Source: Candidatus Bathyarchaeota archaeon (lineage in GTDB: Archaea > Thermoproteota > Bathyarchaeia > Bathyarchaeales > Bathycorpusculaceae). Taken from it: a stretch of 64,000 nt of DNA. Below the pieces are notes generated by a model. That model searched no databases. It worked only from the letters and a program-made list of their open reading frames with translations, and had not been told where the DNA came from. Of this stretch, positions 54,190-64,000 are shown piece by piece; the stretch's first letter is position 1; every line of letters starts with the position of its first letter. A program made the position numbers and the translations under genes. Location of the stretch: assembly GCA_963780185.1 (NCBI GenBank), contig CAWABA010000004.1, positions 1 to 64,000 on the forward strand, in the 5' to 3' direction.

Positions 54190-55113
54190 ATGCCCATTCC
54201 AAAATACGAAGAAATGATGCTTCCATTTCTCCAATTCTTAGGAGACAAAGAGACACATCGCTTAAGCGAGGTAATTGAGCACTTATATGAAGTCTTTCAT
54301 ACAACCGAAGAAGAGAAAAAAGAGCTTTCGCCTAGTGGCGAAAATAGAGTTTTTCCTAATCGAGTAAGATGGGTAAAACTGTATCTGGAAAGGGCTGGGC
54401 TTATCGAAGCACCGCTCAGGGCAACATATAAAATTACAAAAACGGGCAGTTCCGTCTTGAACGAAAACCCTCAACGGATTGATGTGAAATATCTCACGAG
54501 ATTTCCTGATTTTGTAAAGTTCAAATTTCATAAAAGCGAAAACAAAACACCTACTGAGATTTCAGATACCGGAAAGGAAATAGCACAATCACTAAACCCT
54601 ATGGAATTACTTGAGAATGCATACATTAAAATCAAGGAAGAATTGGCTGAGGATTTGTTGAGAGAGCTAAAAAAGGCAACCCCGTTGTTTTTTGAAAACG
54701 TGGTGGTTGAACTACTAGTAAAAATGGGTTACGGTGGCTCAAAAAAAGATGCAGGTCAAGCCATCGGTCGAAGTGGAGATGAAGGGATTGATGGCATAAT
54801 AAAAGAAGATCGTTTAGGCTTGGATGCGATTTACATTCAAGCGAAAAAATGGGAGGGAACAGTCGGCCGTCCCGAACTGCACAAATTCGTAGGAGCATTG
54901 AAAGGCCAGAGAGCAAACAAGGGGATTTTCATAACTACATCCAACTTCTCAAAAGACGCGATCGAATACGCTTCAAAAATAGATTCGCCAAAGGTTGTGC
55001 TAATAGATGGCCAAAAATTTACCGAATTAATGATTGAACATGGAGTCGGGGTTTCCGAAGTTACATGCTTTGAGATCAAAAAGATAGACCAAGACTATTT
55101 TACTGAGGAGTAA
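54190..55113 (+). CDS. mrr: Mrr-family type IV restriction endonuclease
   Basis: MPIPKYEEMMLPFL Mrr_N domain; DEGIDGII...IYIQAKKW and LIDG. Confidence 0.92.
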   Translation: MPIPKYEEMMLPFLQFLGDKETHRLSEVIEHLYEVFHTTEEEKKELSPSGENRVFPNRVRWVKLYLERAGLIEAPLRATYKITKTGSSVLNENPQRIDVKYLTRFPDFVKFKFHKSENKTPTEISDTGKEIAQSLNPMELLENAYIKIKEELAEDLLRELKKATPLFFENVVVELLVKMGYGGSKKDAGQAIGRSGDEGIDGIIKEDRLGLDAIYIQAKKWEGTVGRPELHKFVGALKGQRANKGIFITTSNFSKDAIEYASKIDSPKVVLIDGQKFTELMIEHGVGVSEVTCFEIKKIDQDYFTEE

Positions 55114-55158
55114 AAGAAAAAACATTTTTAGGATTTATTAAATTGTAAAAGTTTTGAG

Positions 55159-55236
55159 TGGTGGGGCTGCCCGGATTTGAACCGGAGTCTATAGAGCCCA
55201 AGTCTACAAGCCTAGACCAAGCTAGCCGACAGCCCC
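55159..55236 (-). tRNA. tRNA-Pro(TGG)
   Basis: GGGGCTG...GTAGA CT TGG GC TCTAT...CCGGTTCAAATCCGG...CAGCCCCACCA. Confidence 0.92.
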
Positions 55237-55676
55237 GCTGTGTGCTGGGAAACAATAGTTTGTGTTGGGTCATAAAAACCTTAGCTACGGCGGCGGGGCA
55301 GGTGCAGGTGGGTTTACGGGGTTGCTGACGGTTTCGCCGTTGAATCTCCGTGGATAAGCGTGGGTTAAAGAGCGTGATTTTAAGTCAAACTTTTGTAATA
55401 TTACAAAACTTCAAGTCGCAACCCGCCCTTTCCCTGCCGCCCTCAATCCGAACCTAAAAAAGAACTCCAGCCCCAAACCAAAAAAGCAACCCAAAACAAG
55501 CACTTAAAAAAGCAGCCTACCCGAGGGAGGGGTCTAATATTTGCACAAAAAACACCACAAAAATGGGTTCAACTCATGCCTTTACCGAAGGGAGGGTACC
55601 CCCATTTTAACATCAAAAAACCAAGGTAAAAATGGATACGAAAAGGCAAGGAAAAAAAAGAAAGGGAGGGGGGCGC

Positions 55677-55955
55677 CTACATCATTGGGTATTCTTTGAC
55701 GGCTGTGGCGGGCATGGTGATGGTTTCGGTGACGCCTTTGATTGAGCGGATTTGTTCTCCTACGAAGTGGACGGCTTCTTCGTTGGTGTTTGCTTCGAAC
55801 CAGACGGCGAAGTCCCAGTTTCCGAAAACGTTGTAGGTGGCGTCAAGCCTTACGCCTTCAGCCGGCATGTTTGACAACGCGGAGATTGAGTTGAAGAAAT
55901 CCAGCGTTTTTGTGGTGTCGACTTTGATTAAAACAAGGTATTTCTGCATGTTCAT
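55677..55955 (-). CDS. Stand-alone Lrp/AsnC ligand-binding (RAM) domain protein
   Basis: YLVLIKV...YNVFGNWDF...IRSIKGVTETIT. Confidence 0.78.
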   Translation of the reverse strand: MNMQKYLVLIKVDTTKTLDFFNSISALSNMPAEGVRLDATYNVFGNWDFAVWFEANTNEEAVHFVGEQIRSIKGVTETITMPATAVKEYPMM

Positions 55956-56114
55956 CCTTTTTTCGTTCGCTCTCCCATCCGCTCCATGTTTCGTTTCTTT
56001 ATGTCTCGTTCATTTCTTTCCATAAAATTCGCCAACAAAATTAGCCTTGGCTAAAGTTTAAACATGTGTGACTGTCACGGCACGGCAACAAGCCACCAAA
56101 AACAGGCAACCACG

Positions 56115-56399
56115 CATCAGGCAGACAGAACGGTGAGCGCTTCTTTAATTTGGGCTTGGCACAGCTTACATTTCTTCATGAACTCGTCAGTTGCCAAGGG
56201 ACCGCAAACGTCGCACACGATTCTGCGAGCAGTCGTCGTAGGTGAAGCAGCAGACTGGGTAGCGGTCAGACTCTTTAAAGGCGCCTTTGATTATGGCTAA
56301 CTGCGCCGCGACGCTGCCCGAAGCCTCTTGGTCAGGCACATAATCCATGACTGAAAGCTCATTTAGGACATAGTCTAAACGTTTTTTTATACTTGTCAC
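56115..56399 (-). CDS. Small Cys-rich hypothetical protein (frameshifted)
   Basis: PVCC, then after a frameshift IVCDVCGP...KCKLC. Confidence 0.5.
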
Positions 56400-56508
56400 T
56401 TACTTCCCCTCTCGCCTCTCTGAACAAATCAGCAATGCCAACTAGAAGTATAAGAAATTAACCATTAAACAGACTGAAAATTCAGGCGCACAAGCCAAAA
56501 TCTGGGGG

Positions 56509-57459
56509 CTATGCCTTAGCTTTTCTGACGTAGGCTGAAGCACGCATCGCCGCCATGGCGCCTTCGCCAGCCGCAGTGACCACCTGCATTCCGCCGCATG
56601 TGCAGTCTCCAGCTGCGAACACGCCTTCGACGCTGGTTTTCTGCTGCCGATCCACACTTAGGCAGCCCGACGGGTCTGTGGCGACGCCGGCGTTCTTGAC
56701 GATAGCGGTCATGGGAACCCCGCCTAAAGAAACAAAAACACCCTTCACCGCCCGCTCCACCTCACGCTCAGACTCGAACTCCAAAACCCGCACGGCACTA
56801 ACAACCTGTTCGCCGACGACTCTTACAACCTGCCCCATGACAACTTCGATGTTCGACTTGCCCTTTAGCCTGTCCATCAACGCGCCTTCAAAGTTGAGTT
56901 CCCGCTGCTCACTAACCAGCAGAACCTGACTTGCCAAATCAGCCATAAACAACGCGTCAATCGCGGCTTCCTCCCCGTTGCCTACCACCGCCACCGCGGC
57001 TTTTCTGAAGAATGGGCCGTCACAGGTCACGCAGTAGCTGACTCCTCTCCCCACAAAGTCGGTTTCGCCTGCCACCAGTAGTTTTCGGCGCTGCGTTCCC
57101 GTGGCAATAATCACCGAAGACGCTTCATAGGTTTGTTTGCGGGACACGACGCGTTTGAGTTCGCCACGGAGGTCGAGCCCGATGACTTCTTCGTTGTCGG
57201 CTATCTCCGCTTCAAAACGCAGAGCTTGCAGACGCATCTTCTCCGCCAAATCGCTGCCTTTAACGCCGAACTCGAAGCCTGGAAAATTCTCAATCTTCGG
57301 CGCCAACCACGCCCGACCCCCAACCATACCCGCTTCCAAAACCACGGTTTTCAACCCTAACCAAGCAGAGTAAATAGCCGCAGTTAACCCCGCGGGTCCG
57401 CCCCCGATGATTAAAACGTCAACGCGTTTGTTTGCTGTTTCCATTGTCGATTCCGCCAA
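56509..57459 (-). CDS. trxB: Thioredoxin reductase
   Basis: GGGPAG, ENFPG, GVSYCVTCDG and GVFAAGD. Confidence 0.9.
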   Translation of the reverse strand: MAESTMETANKRVDVLIIGGGPAGLTAAIYSAWLGLKTVVLEAGMVGGRAWLAPKIENFPGFEFGVKGSDLAEKMRLQALRFEAEIADNEEVIGLDLRGELKRVVSRKQTYEASSVIIATGTQRRKLLVAGETDFVGRGVSYCVTCDGPFFRKAAVAVVGNGEEAAIDALFMADLASQVLLVSEQRELNFEGALMDRLKGKSNIEVVMGQVVRVVGEQVVSAVRVLEFESEREVERAVKGVFVSLGGVPMTAIVKNAGVATDPSGCLSVDRQQKTSVEGVFAAGDCTCGGMQVVTAAGEGAMAAMRASAYVRKAKA

Positions 57460-57566
57460 AACTGTTTTATCTACTTAATTGAATTCCCCTGGGGGTTCAT
57501 GAGGTTTTCGTTTGCGGCAGAAAAAGAGTGGTTTTTGGCTTGGGTTTTTAAGGCGGAGCAGCCTAA

Positions 57567-58017
57567 ATGGTTGCAGGGTGCCTTTCGGCTTGGAGCCAAA
57601 CGAGGAGCTTAACGCGTCGACTTTCCAAACTTACATGTATCTTGTTAAAGTCGGCAAACCCGTTGGACCCCGAGACGTCATGCGTGGAGCCAACCTAAGC
57701 AGCCCCAGCGTCGCGTACGGAACCTGCAGAAACTCGTGGACTTCGGCTTAGTCGTCAAGGACGAGTACAGTAACTATGCGGCTAAAGAAAAAATGAACAA
57801 GAAAGGCTACCTGTGGGTTGGGAAAACCCTGATGCCGAGCTTCGTGATTTTCGGCTTCGTTTTCGTTGGGCATGTTGATCGCTGAAATCGCCGTTTTGAT
57901 TCCCCACTTGATTTTAGGCTCCTCGATAGAAGAGGCGTTTTGGCTTTGGATAATAACAACCGTCGCCGCCGCCCTGCTATTCCTGGTGACTGCCGTTCGG
58001 TTCAGGATGAAGAGTAA
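57567..58017 (+). CDS. Winged-helix protein with C-terminal TM segments (frameshifted; ends approximate)
   Basis: YMYLVKVGKPVGPRDVMRGANLSSPSVAY-NLQKLVDFGLV, followed by hydrophobic segments. Confidence 0.6.
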
Positions 58018-58101
58018 GACCCAGCCGTAAACGTAAAGATGGCTGACAGAGATTTTTCGGGTTTAAAAAACAAAAAAATAAAATAGAGTTAGATGTTTGG
58101 T

Positions 58102-59748
58102 TTATTCTTCGCCGCCGGGCATTCCGCCGCCTGGGCCGCCTGCTCCGCCTTTGGGAGATTTGGCTGTTATGACGTCGTCGATGCGTAGGATCATGGCTGC
58201 TGATTCTGCTGCTGATTTGATGGCTTGTTCTTTGACTACGATTGGTTCGATGACTCCGTTTGCGATGCTGTCTTGCAGTTTGCCTGTGAAGACGTTGATG
58301 CCGAAGTTTTTGCCGTCTGCTGCGTCGTGTTTTTGGCGTAGTTCAACGAGGATGTCTATGGGTTCTAACCCTGCGTTTTCCGCCAGCGTTCTCGGGATGA
58401 CTTCTACCGCGTCTGCGAATGCTTCCACGGCGAGCTGTTCTCTTCCGCCGACTTTCGTCGCGTATTTGCGTAGTTCCTTGGCGATTTCGATTTCTACTGC
58501 GCCGCCGCCTGGAACGATCTTGTTGTTTTCGATAACGTCTGAAACCACGGAGAGTGAGTCAACCATGGCGCTTTCAGCTTCGTCTACGAGGCGTTCTAAG
58601 CCTGCGCGTATGAGTATGGCTACGCTGTGTGGGTCTTTGCATTTTTCGACGAAGAGCATTTTGTCGTCGCCGATTTTGCGTTCAGTAACTGAGCCTGCGA
58701 ATCCAAGGTCTGCTGCTTTGAGGTCGTCGAGGTCACTGATGATGCGTGCGCCTGTTGCCCGCGAAAGCTTCTCCATGTCGCTTTCTTTGACGCGCCTTGC
58801 CGCCATAATGCCGACTTTGCTGAGGAAATGCTGAACCATGTCGTCGATGCCTTTCTGGCAGAAAACCACGTCTGCGCCTGAAGCTTTGACTTTGGTAACC
58901 ATCTTCTGCATCATGTCGCTTTCCTGGTCAAGGAACGCTTTCATCTGAGACGGGTCTTTTATGCGGATTTCCGCGCTGATTTCGGTTTTTTCGATTTCCA
59001 GCGCTGCGTCCAAAAGCAGGATTTTCGCGTTTTCTTTGGCTTTTGGCATGCCTGGGTTAACGACTTCTTTGTCGATGATTATGCCTTGGATAAGCTGGGT
59101 TTCGAGGAGGCTCTTCCCTGTTTTCTTGACGAGTTGGATGTTGTCGATGTCCGCGATGGTTTTGTCTCCGCGTTTCTCAGCAATCTGCATGACGGCTGCT
59201 ATGCTTATTTCGGCTAGGTGTTCACGTGCGCTGCCTACTGCTTTGCTGCTCATGCTGGTTAAGGAGATTTGGAGTAGTGTGGCTTTGTTGTTGACGTCAA
59301 GTGGGGTGGCTAGTTTGTTTATGATTTCTATGGCTTTTTGCCCTGCTTTTCGGTATCCGCTGACCAGGATTGTTGGGTGGATGTTTTGGTCGAGGAGTTC
59401 TTCGGCTTTTTTGAGGAGTTCGCTTGCGAGAACGACTGCGGTTGTTGTTCCGTCGCCGACCATGTCGTCTTGGGTTTTTGCGATTTCAACCATCATTTTG
59501 GCTGCTGGGTGTTCGACGTCGATTTCTTTGAGGATTGCGGCGCCGTCGTTTGTTATTGTTATGTCGCCTAGGCCGTCGATGAGCATTTTGTCCATGCCTC
59601 TGGGTCCTAGGGTTGTTTTGAGTACTTCGCCGATGACGCGTGCCGCCATGATGTTGTTTCGTTGGGCTTCTTTGCCCCTGCTTCTGGTTGTTCCTTCTTT
59701 AAGAATCAAGACTGGCTGTCCTGAATTTGTAGTTGTTAAATACGCCAT
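58102..59748 (-). CDS. ths: Thermosome subunit (group II chaperonin)
   Basis: [27 protein letters not shown] and ILRIDDVI. Confidence 0.96.
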   Translation of the reverse strand: MAYLTTTNSGQPVLILKEGTTRSRGKEAQRNNIMAARVIGEVLKTTLGPRGMDKMLIDGLGDITITNDGAAILKEIDVEHPAAKMMVEIAKTQDDMVGDGTTTAVVLASELLKKAEELLDQNIHPTILVSGYRKAGQKAIEIINKLATPLDVNNKATLLQISLTSMSSKAVGSAREHLAEISIAAVMQIAEKRGDKTIADIDNIQLVKKTGKSLLETQLIQGIIIDKEVVNPGMPKAKENAKILLLDAALEIEKTEISAEIRIKDPSQMKAFLDQESDMMQKMVTKVKASGADVVFCQKGIDDMVQHFLSKVGIMAARRVKESDMEKLSRATGARIISDLDDLKAADLGFAGSVTERKIGDDKMLFVEKCKDPHSVAILIRAGLERLVDEAESAMVDSLSVVSDVIENNKIVPGGGAVEIEIAKELRKYATKVGGREQLAVEAFADAVEVIPRTLAENAGLEPIDILVELRQKHDAADGKNFGINVFTGKLQDSIANGVIEPIVVKEQAIKSAAESAAMILRIDDVITAKSPKGGAGGPGGGMPGGEE

Positions 59749-59879
59749 ATGTTACACCATCTTAATAGAACATGTTTTTATTATATCGGAAATAAGCAAA
59801 AAGTCTGCGGAAATATAAACTTTTAGCTTCGGAAACTGTAGGTTTCTGATTTTTTCTGGTTGGTTTTGGTTTTTTTCGG

Positions 59880-60180
59880 GTTTGGTTTTTCTGAAATAAT
59901 TTTTAAGTTGAGACTTTTGTTTTGGTGAAAGTTGAGACTTTCCGCCTTGGGTCTTTGTGTTTTGGGTTGCTTTTTTGGTTTTGGGCTTGGCTTTTGCTTG
60001 AGCATTGCCACATTTGGGATGGGCGGATTGCGACTTTGTATGTTGAGGCTATGTTGAAGTTATTGTCGCGTATGGGCGCTGCGACTTTCTCGGCGGTGGT
60101 TCAGGTTTGCTTAAGTGTTGGTTTTCCAATGTGGGAAGCTTGGAGGCTTTTGGGGTTGCGGCTTTTGGGATGGGTGCTGG
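59880..60180 (-). repeat. Dispersed ~300-bp non-coding repeat, copy 2 (inverted)
   Basis: Homolog of 10350-10650. Confidence 0.85.
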
Positions 60181-60256
60181 TTGAAGAGTCAATGGGCAGG
60201 TTTTGATGCTGGGTTGTTTTTACAAAAAAAGATGACTGTGAGAATGTTTTTCTGTG

Positions 60257-60574
60257 TTATTGCGGCTGCTTTGGATTCCTGTAAGTCCGCACAACGTAGA
60301 AGCCGATGATCCAGACGCCCAGAAGCACGAGCAGCGTTGCCCAGAACAGGTCCCATGGAATGTCAGGGACAACAATGCACAGACCAGCCACAATGACGAT
60401 GGCGCCTGCTATCAGTGCCCCGAAGCCGGAGCGGCCGTGTTCGTGGTCGTGATGCCTGTGCCGCCTGAATTGGTCTGGGGTTGACGCCGCCTGTAGTTGT
60501 GCGCCGCATTTTTTGCAGTACGCTGAGTCCTCAGAATTCATCATTCCACATTTCGAGCAGTAAACCGACGACAA
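60257..60574 (-). CDS. Zinc-ribbon membrane protein
   Basis: YCSKCG...YCKKCG, a His/Arg stretch and two TM segments. Confidence 0.78.
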   Translation of the reverse strand: MSSVYCSKCGMMNSEDSAYCKKCGAQLQAASTPDQFRRHRHHDHEHGRSGFGALIAGAIVIVAGLCIVVPDIPWDLFWATLLVLLGVWIIGFYVVRTYRNPKQPQ

Positions 60575-60715
60575 TTTCCTTACACCTACTGAGCCTGTCT
60601 TTCAATTTTTTGATTGCTTGGGAAACTTGGGTTTCGTTTTTTCTCGCATCTTTTTGCATGCAAATTCCATCCATCCAGTCGACCTTTGTTTTTGGGGAAT
60701 TAGAAAAAGGGAAGG

Positions 60716-61830
60716 TTAGTCTTCTCTCCATTTGAAGAGTTTAACTGCCAGCGTGAAGACGACCCCTGTCATGACGGCTATGACTGCTAAGTCGATTATT
60801 GCTCCCATCGTGTTGCTGTAGACCATGACGTTGTTTAAGCCTTCGACGACGTAGAACAGCGGCAGCGCGTGCGCGAAGTTTTTCAGGTAGGTTGGCATGA
60901 GACTGATGGGGAAGAATGTGCCAGAGAGGAACATCATTGGGTAGGTAACTATGTTGCCGATTATGGCTGCTGTTTCGGGGGTTTTGGTGACTGTACCTAC
61001 GAGCATGCCTAAAGAGGCGAATAGCGTTGGTCCAATGAGCAGAAACGGTATGATTCCCACGGTTAGGTTAATGTTGGCGCCGAACACGTAGGTTCCGACT
61101 GCAACCATCAGCAGAAAACTTGCAAGTGTTACGAGCAGGTACAGCATGATTTTTGAGGTGAGCCACTCCATCTTTGTTAGCGGTGTAAGTGATAGTTGCT
61201 TGAAGAGTTTTGTTCTCTTGTACTCTGAGGAGATGTTAACCAGCGAGAACATTGGGCTGACCAGTATTGTGAAGCCTACAAGTCCTGGGATTAGGAAATC
61301 GACGTATTTTGTTTGGTGGATGTTAACGGTTGCTGCTGTAATGCCGATGACTGTTGTGCCGTTGAAGCGTTGCAGATTAAAGTAGTTGGTGTAGCCGTTG
61401 ACTGTGCTACTTACGATGCCACTGGTGCTCGACGTTGGGTTCCCGTAAACTGTTATGTTTATTGGGTTGCCTTGTAAGTAGTTGGAACTGAAGTTCGCTG
61501 GGATTATGATGCCATCTGAGGTTGAATGCGCTGATAGGTATTGTGAAAAGTTTTCTGATGGGTCAACTGTGATAACTCTGACTGTGCTGGAAGTGTTTAG
61601 GGCGTTGAGGAATTGGGCGGCTATGTTTGTTTGAGGTGTCACGAAGGGGCTTGTGTCTTGGTTTTGGGTATAAACGTTGATTGTCCCTGAACTGTTTCCT
61701 GAGAAGATAGTACCGAATATGAGGATTAGGATTATTGGGAAAACAAGAGCGAAGAAAAGTCCCAGTCTGTTTCTTAGGTAGCTGCGTCGGAAAACTTTGA
61801 AGTCTGATATTATTCTTTTTATGCTTGACG
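60716..61830 (-). CDS. ABC transporter permease (frameshifted near the 5' end)
   Basis: FFALVFPIIL, YVDFLIPGL and PMMFLSGTFFP. Confidence 0.85.
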
Positions 61831-61833
61831 TGT

Positions 61834-62796
61834 TTAGGGTCTCCTGTGGTTGGTTTTAACTTGGATGTATTGAGTAACTTCACCTTGCTCGTTGACTGCT
61901 CCGCTGACAAGTTTGACGAAAACGTCTTCGAGGCTGTCTTGCCGTGTCTGGATTGCACCCCAATCCATGTCTGACTGCTCAGCCGCCGCCAAAGCTGCAA
62001 GCGCATCAATCCTTTTTCGCAGGGACACGCAGACTTCGCTTCGGGTTGGGTCGTAGTCAACCTGTAACTCAGTGTTGGCTTTGATGTACTCTGCCAGTGC
62101 TGGACCGCCGTGGATTTGCAGGCGCTCACCTGAACCGTTCTCGGCAATGATTTCCTCTGTAGTTCCCAAAGCAACGATGTGCCCGTGGTTCATGATTGCA
62201 ACTCGGTCGGATAGCTGCTGTGCCTCGTCAAGGTAATGCGTGGTGAGGATGATTGTTTTGCCCTTGGCTTTCAAACCGCGGATAACGTCCCAGATGGCTC
62301 TTCTTGCGTTGGGGTCTAAGCCCGTTGTGGGTTCGTCGAGAAACAGCAGTTCCGGCTGGTTCACCAACGCCAACGCCAGACCTGTCTTCTGTTTCTGTCC
62401 ACCTGAGAGATTCTCAAAGTTTACGCCTGCTTTGTCCTCAAGGAGCACGTCGCGCAGTATGCTGTCAGGGTCTACTTTGACGTCGAATAGGTCAGCGTAG
62501 TAGACGATTGCTTCCCGAGGTGTCGCTTTCTCGATGAAACTGAACTCCTGCGGGATAACGCCTATTCTCTTGTGCAGTTCGTAGCCGTTTTTCCACGGGT
62601 CTAAGCCGAGAACTTTGGCGTCGCCGCCACTTCTTTCCCGCAGACCCTCAAGGATTTCTATGGTGGTGGATTTGCCTGCGCCGTTTGGCCCCAGTAAACC
62701 GAAGACTTCGCCCTGCTTAACCGTGAAGGATATGCCGTCGACCGCTTTCAAGTCGCCGTAACGCTTCTCAAGAGAGGAAACCTCTATCGGATTCAA
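61834..62796 (-). CDS. ABC transporter ATP-binding protein
   Basis: GPNGAGKST, LSGGQ, LFLDEPT and TTHY. Confidence 0.92.
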   Translation of the reverse strand: MNPIEVSSLEKRYGDLKAVDGISFTVKQGEVFGLLGPNGAGKSTTIEILEGLRERSGGDAKVLGLDPWKNGYELHKRIGVIPQEFSFIEKATPREAIVYYADLFDVKVDPDSILRDVLLEDKAGVNFENLSGGQKQKTGLALALVNQPELLFLDEPTTGLDPNARRAIWDVIRGLKAKGKTIILTTHYLDEAQQLSDRVAIMNHGHIVALGTTEEIIAENGSGERLQIHGGPALAEYIKANTELQVDYDPTRSEVCVSLRKRIDALAALAAAEQSDMDWGAIQTRQDSLEDVFVKLVSGAVNEQGEVTQYIQVKTNHRRP

Positions 62797-63084
62797 TTAT
62801 TTCGCCTCCCAATGCAGTACGCGCCAGCTGTTGTTGTGGCTGCACCATTCCTGCCATGTGAACTCATGGAGGCACCGTCTAGAGCGGTTGAGGCGGCACC
62901 AGTTGTTCCACGAGTGTTTATGTGCGTTTTCTGTGATTGTTTTTGCGGATTCATGCTTTTATCCCGAAAACAAAAATGGCAAAGTTTGATTAAAAGCTGG
63001 ACACTTGTTCATTTTATGAACCTGTTCACTTTGTGAACAAGCATTAACGTTAAAAACAAACGAGTTAAGATAGTATCTGCCAGC

Positions 63085-63747
63085 ATGGAAGTGGACACTA
63101 TTACGCAAGAAAACGATTTGGAGCCTGAAGGGCGAGACCCAAAACAGATTGCTCTCGCCGCATTTCGTTTCAGGGCTAGGCGAGGCATAGGCGTATTCTA
63201 CACCTCAGTCGCCCTCCCGCCGCTGCTTGCAAGCATAATGACTGCCTTACACACACCAGGCTACCTGACGTTAACTGGCATAGTGGTCTGCTTGATTATA
63301 GTTTGGATGGTTGCCCGAGCGGCTGGAATGAAAGGCTTTTACCACATGACCCACGTTATCGACTTATACAATGGTAAATTGGAAAATAAGAAAAGAGGAT
63401 TTCTCCACATGCTAAGAGGGCTACTTATTTTTGTTTTGCCCTTCGCAGTTTTCACGGTACTGAACATTTACGGTCTTAACTACTTAGCAGCTACAACAAT
63501 TTTCTGCTGGGTCGTCGTATGGGTCTTCTACCACATCTTTGTCACTTCACGGGCCTCAAAAGATGCTATTCTGCAGAGCCACATCGAAGATTGGCTTGCC
63601 TCGCCTTTGGCAATGCTCATTCTCATACTCGCGTCGCTCCCCGGTGTACCAAGTATCACTTTTGCCTTCGCAACTCCTGTTCTAATAGCCGCTGGCATCA
63701 AATCAATGTATGAAGCGCCCCAGGAGCTAGTACGAAGCAATGAGTAA
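63085..63747 (+). CDS. Hypothetical multi-TM membrane protein
   Basis: Hydrophobic helices; overlaps the downstream regulator. Confidence 0.6.
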   Translation: MEVDTITQENDLEPEGRDPKQIALAAFRFRARRGIGVFYTSVALPPLLASIMTALHTPGYLTLTGIVVCLIIVWMVARAAGMKGFYHMTHVIDLYNGKLENKKRGFLHMLRGLLIFVLPFAVFTVLNIYGLNYLAATTIFCWVVVWVFYHIFVTSRASKDAILQSHIEDWLASPLAMLILILASLPGVPSITFAFATPVLIAAGIKSMYEAPQELVRSNE

Positions 63748-64000
63748 ACCACCCAGCGACCACGACCAAGCCCTCTCGCAGTTCACTTCAGCAGGCGCAC
63801 TGTCGAGCTCCGTGCGGGTAGGCATCATGCTTGCGCTTCTCGGCGTTGAACGCATTACCTTCACCAACCTGCTGCTTGCCGTCAACGTCAGCAAAAGCTC
63901 GCTGAACAAAAGCATCAAGATTCTGGCGGATGAAGGCTACGTGAAAGAACGCTTCGGCTTCAAAAACACAGGCGGCCCACGCACCTTCGTACAGATTACC
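63740..64000 (+). CDS. Winged-helix (HTH_34/ArsR-like) regulator, truncated by the window end
   Basis: VRVGIMLALL...ITFTNL...SKSSLNKSIKILADEGYV...GPRTFVQIT. Confidence 0.75.
   Translation, partial: MSKPPSDHDQALSQFTSAGALSSSVRVGIMLALLGVERITFTNLLLAVNVSKSSLNKSIKILADEGYVKERFGFKNTGGPRTFVQIT

Noticed and set aside
58097-59818. Long plus-strand ORFs (245 and 285 aa)
   Set aside because: Antisense shadows of the thermosome gene. The same applies to many short antisense ORFs in the track.

Overview
Archaeal chromosomal window, most consistent with Bathyarchaeia/TACK. The archaeal markers are egsA, thermosome, aMBF1, aNAC, aTrm56, an intron-containing tRNA-Ser and class III signal-peptide pilins; the lineage itself is inferred. 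Many genes carry 1-2 bp indels, mostly in the first ~20 kb and including essential thrS, most likely long-read errors. Layout: (1) housekeeping genes (thrS, PfkB kinase, NAC, PUA protein, MBF1, HflX, Trm56); (2) a 2.6-kb islet at tRNA-Arg(CCT) with a tandemly duplicated ABC permease; (3) egsA and an FKBP, then a two-domain AbrB (MraZ-like) gene behind seven 10-bp-phased AGTC repeats; (4) an orphan two-repeat CRISPR mini-array between two truncated genes; (5) a ~30-kb cell-surface locus combining an archaeosortase, a GT2, two GT-C glycosyltransferases, an Aur1/PAP2 enzyme and an IPE-tailed putative substrate with a type IV pilus cluster (giant Ig-repeat pilins, degenerate HerA- and KaiC-like ATPases); (6) a tRNA-Pro-linked defence islet (VapBC, PLC/P1-fold protein with HTH tail, Mrr); (7) thioredoxin reductase, thermosome and ABC exporters. 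A dispersed non-coding repeat family (two ~300-bp copies, four 24-bp motifs) lies mostly upstream of housekeeping genes.
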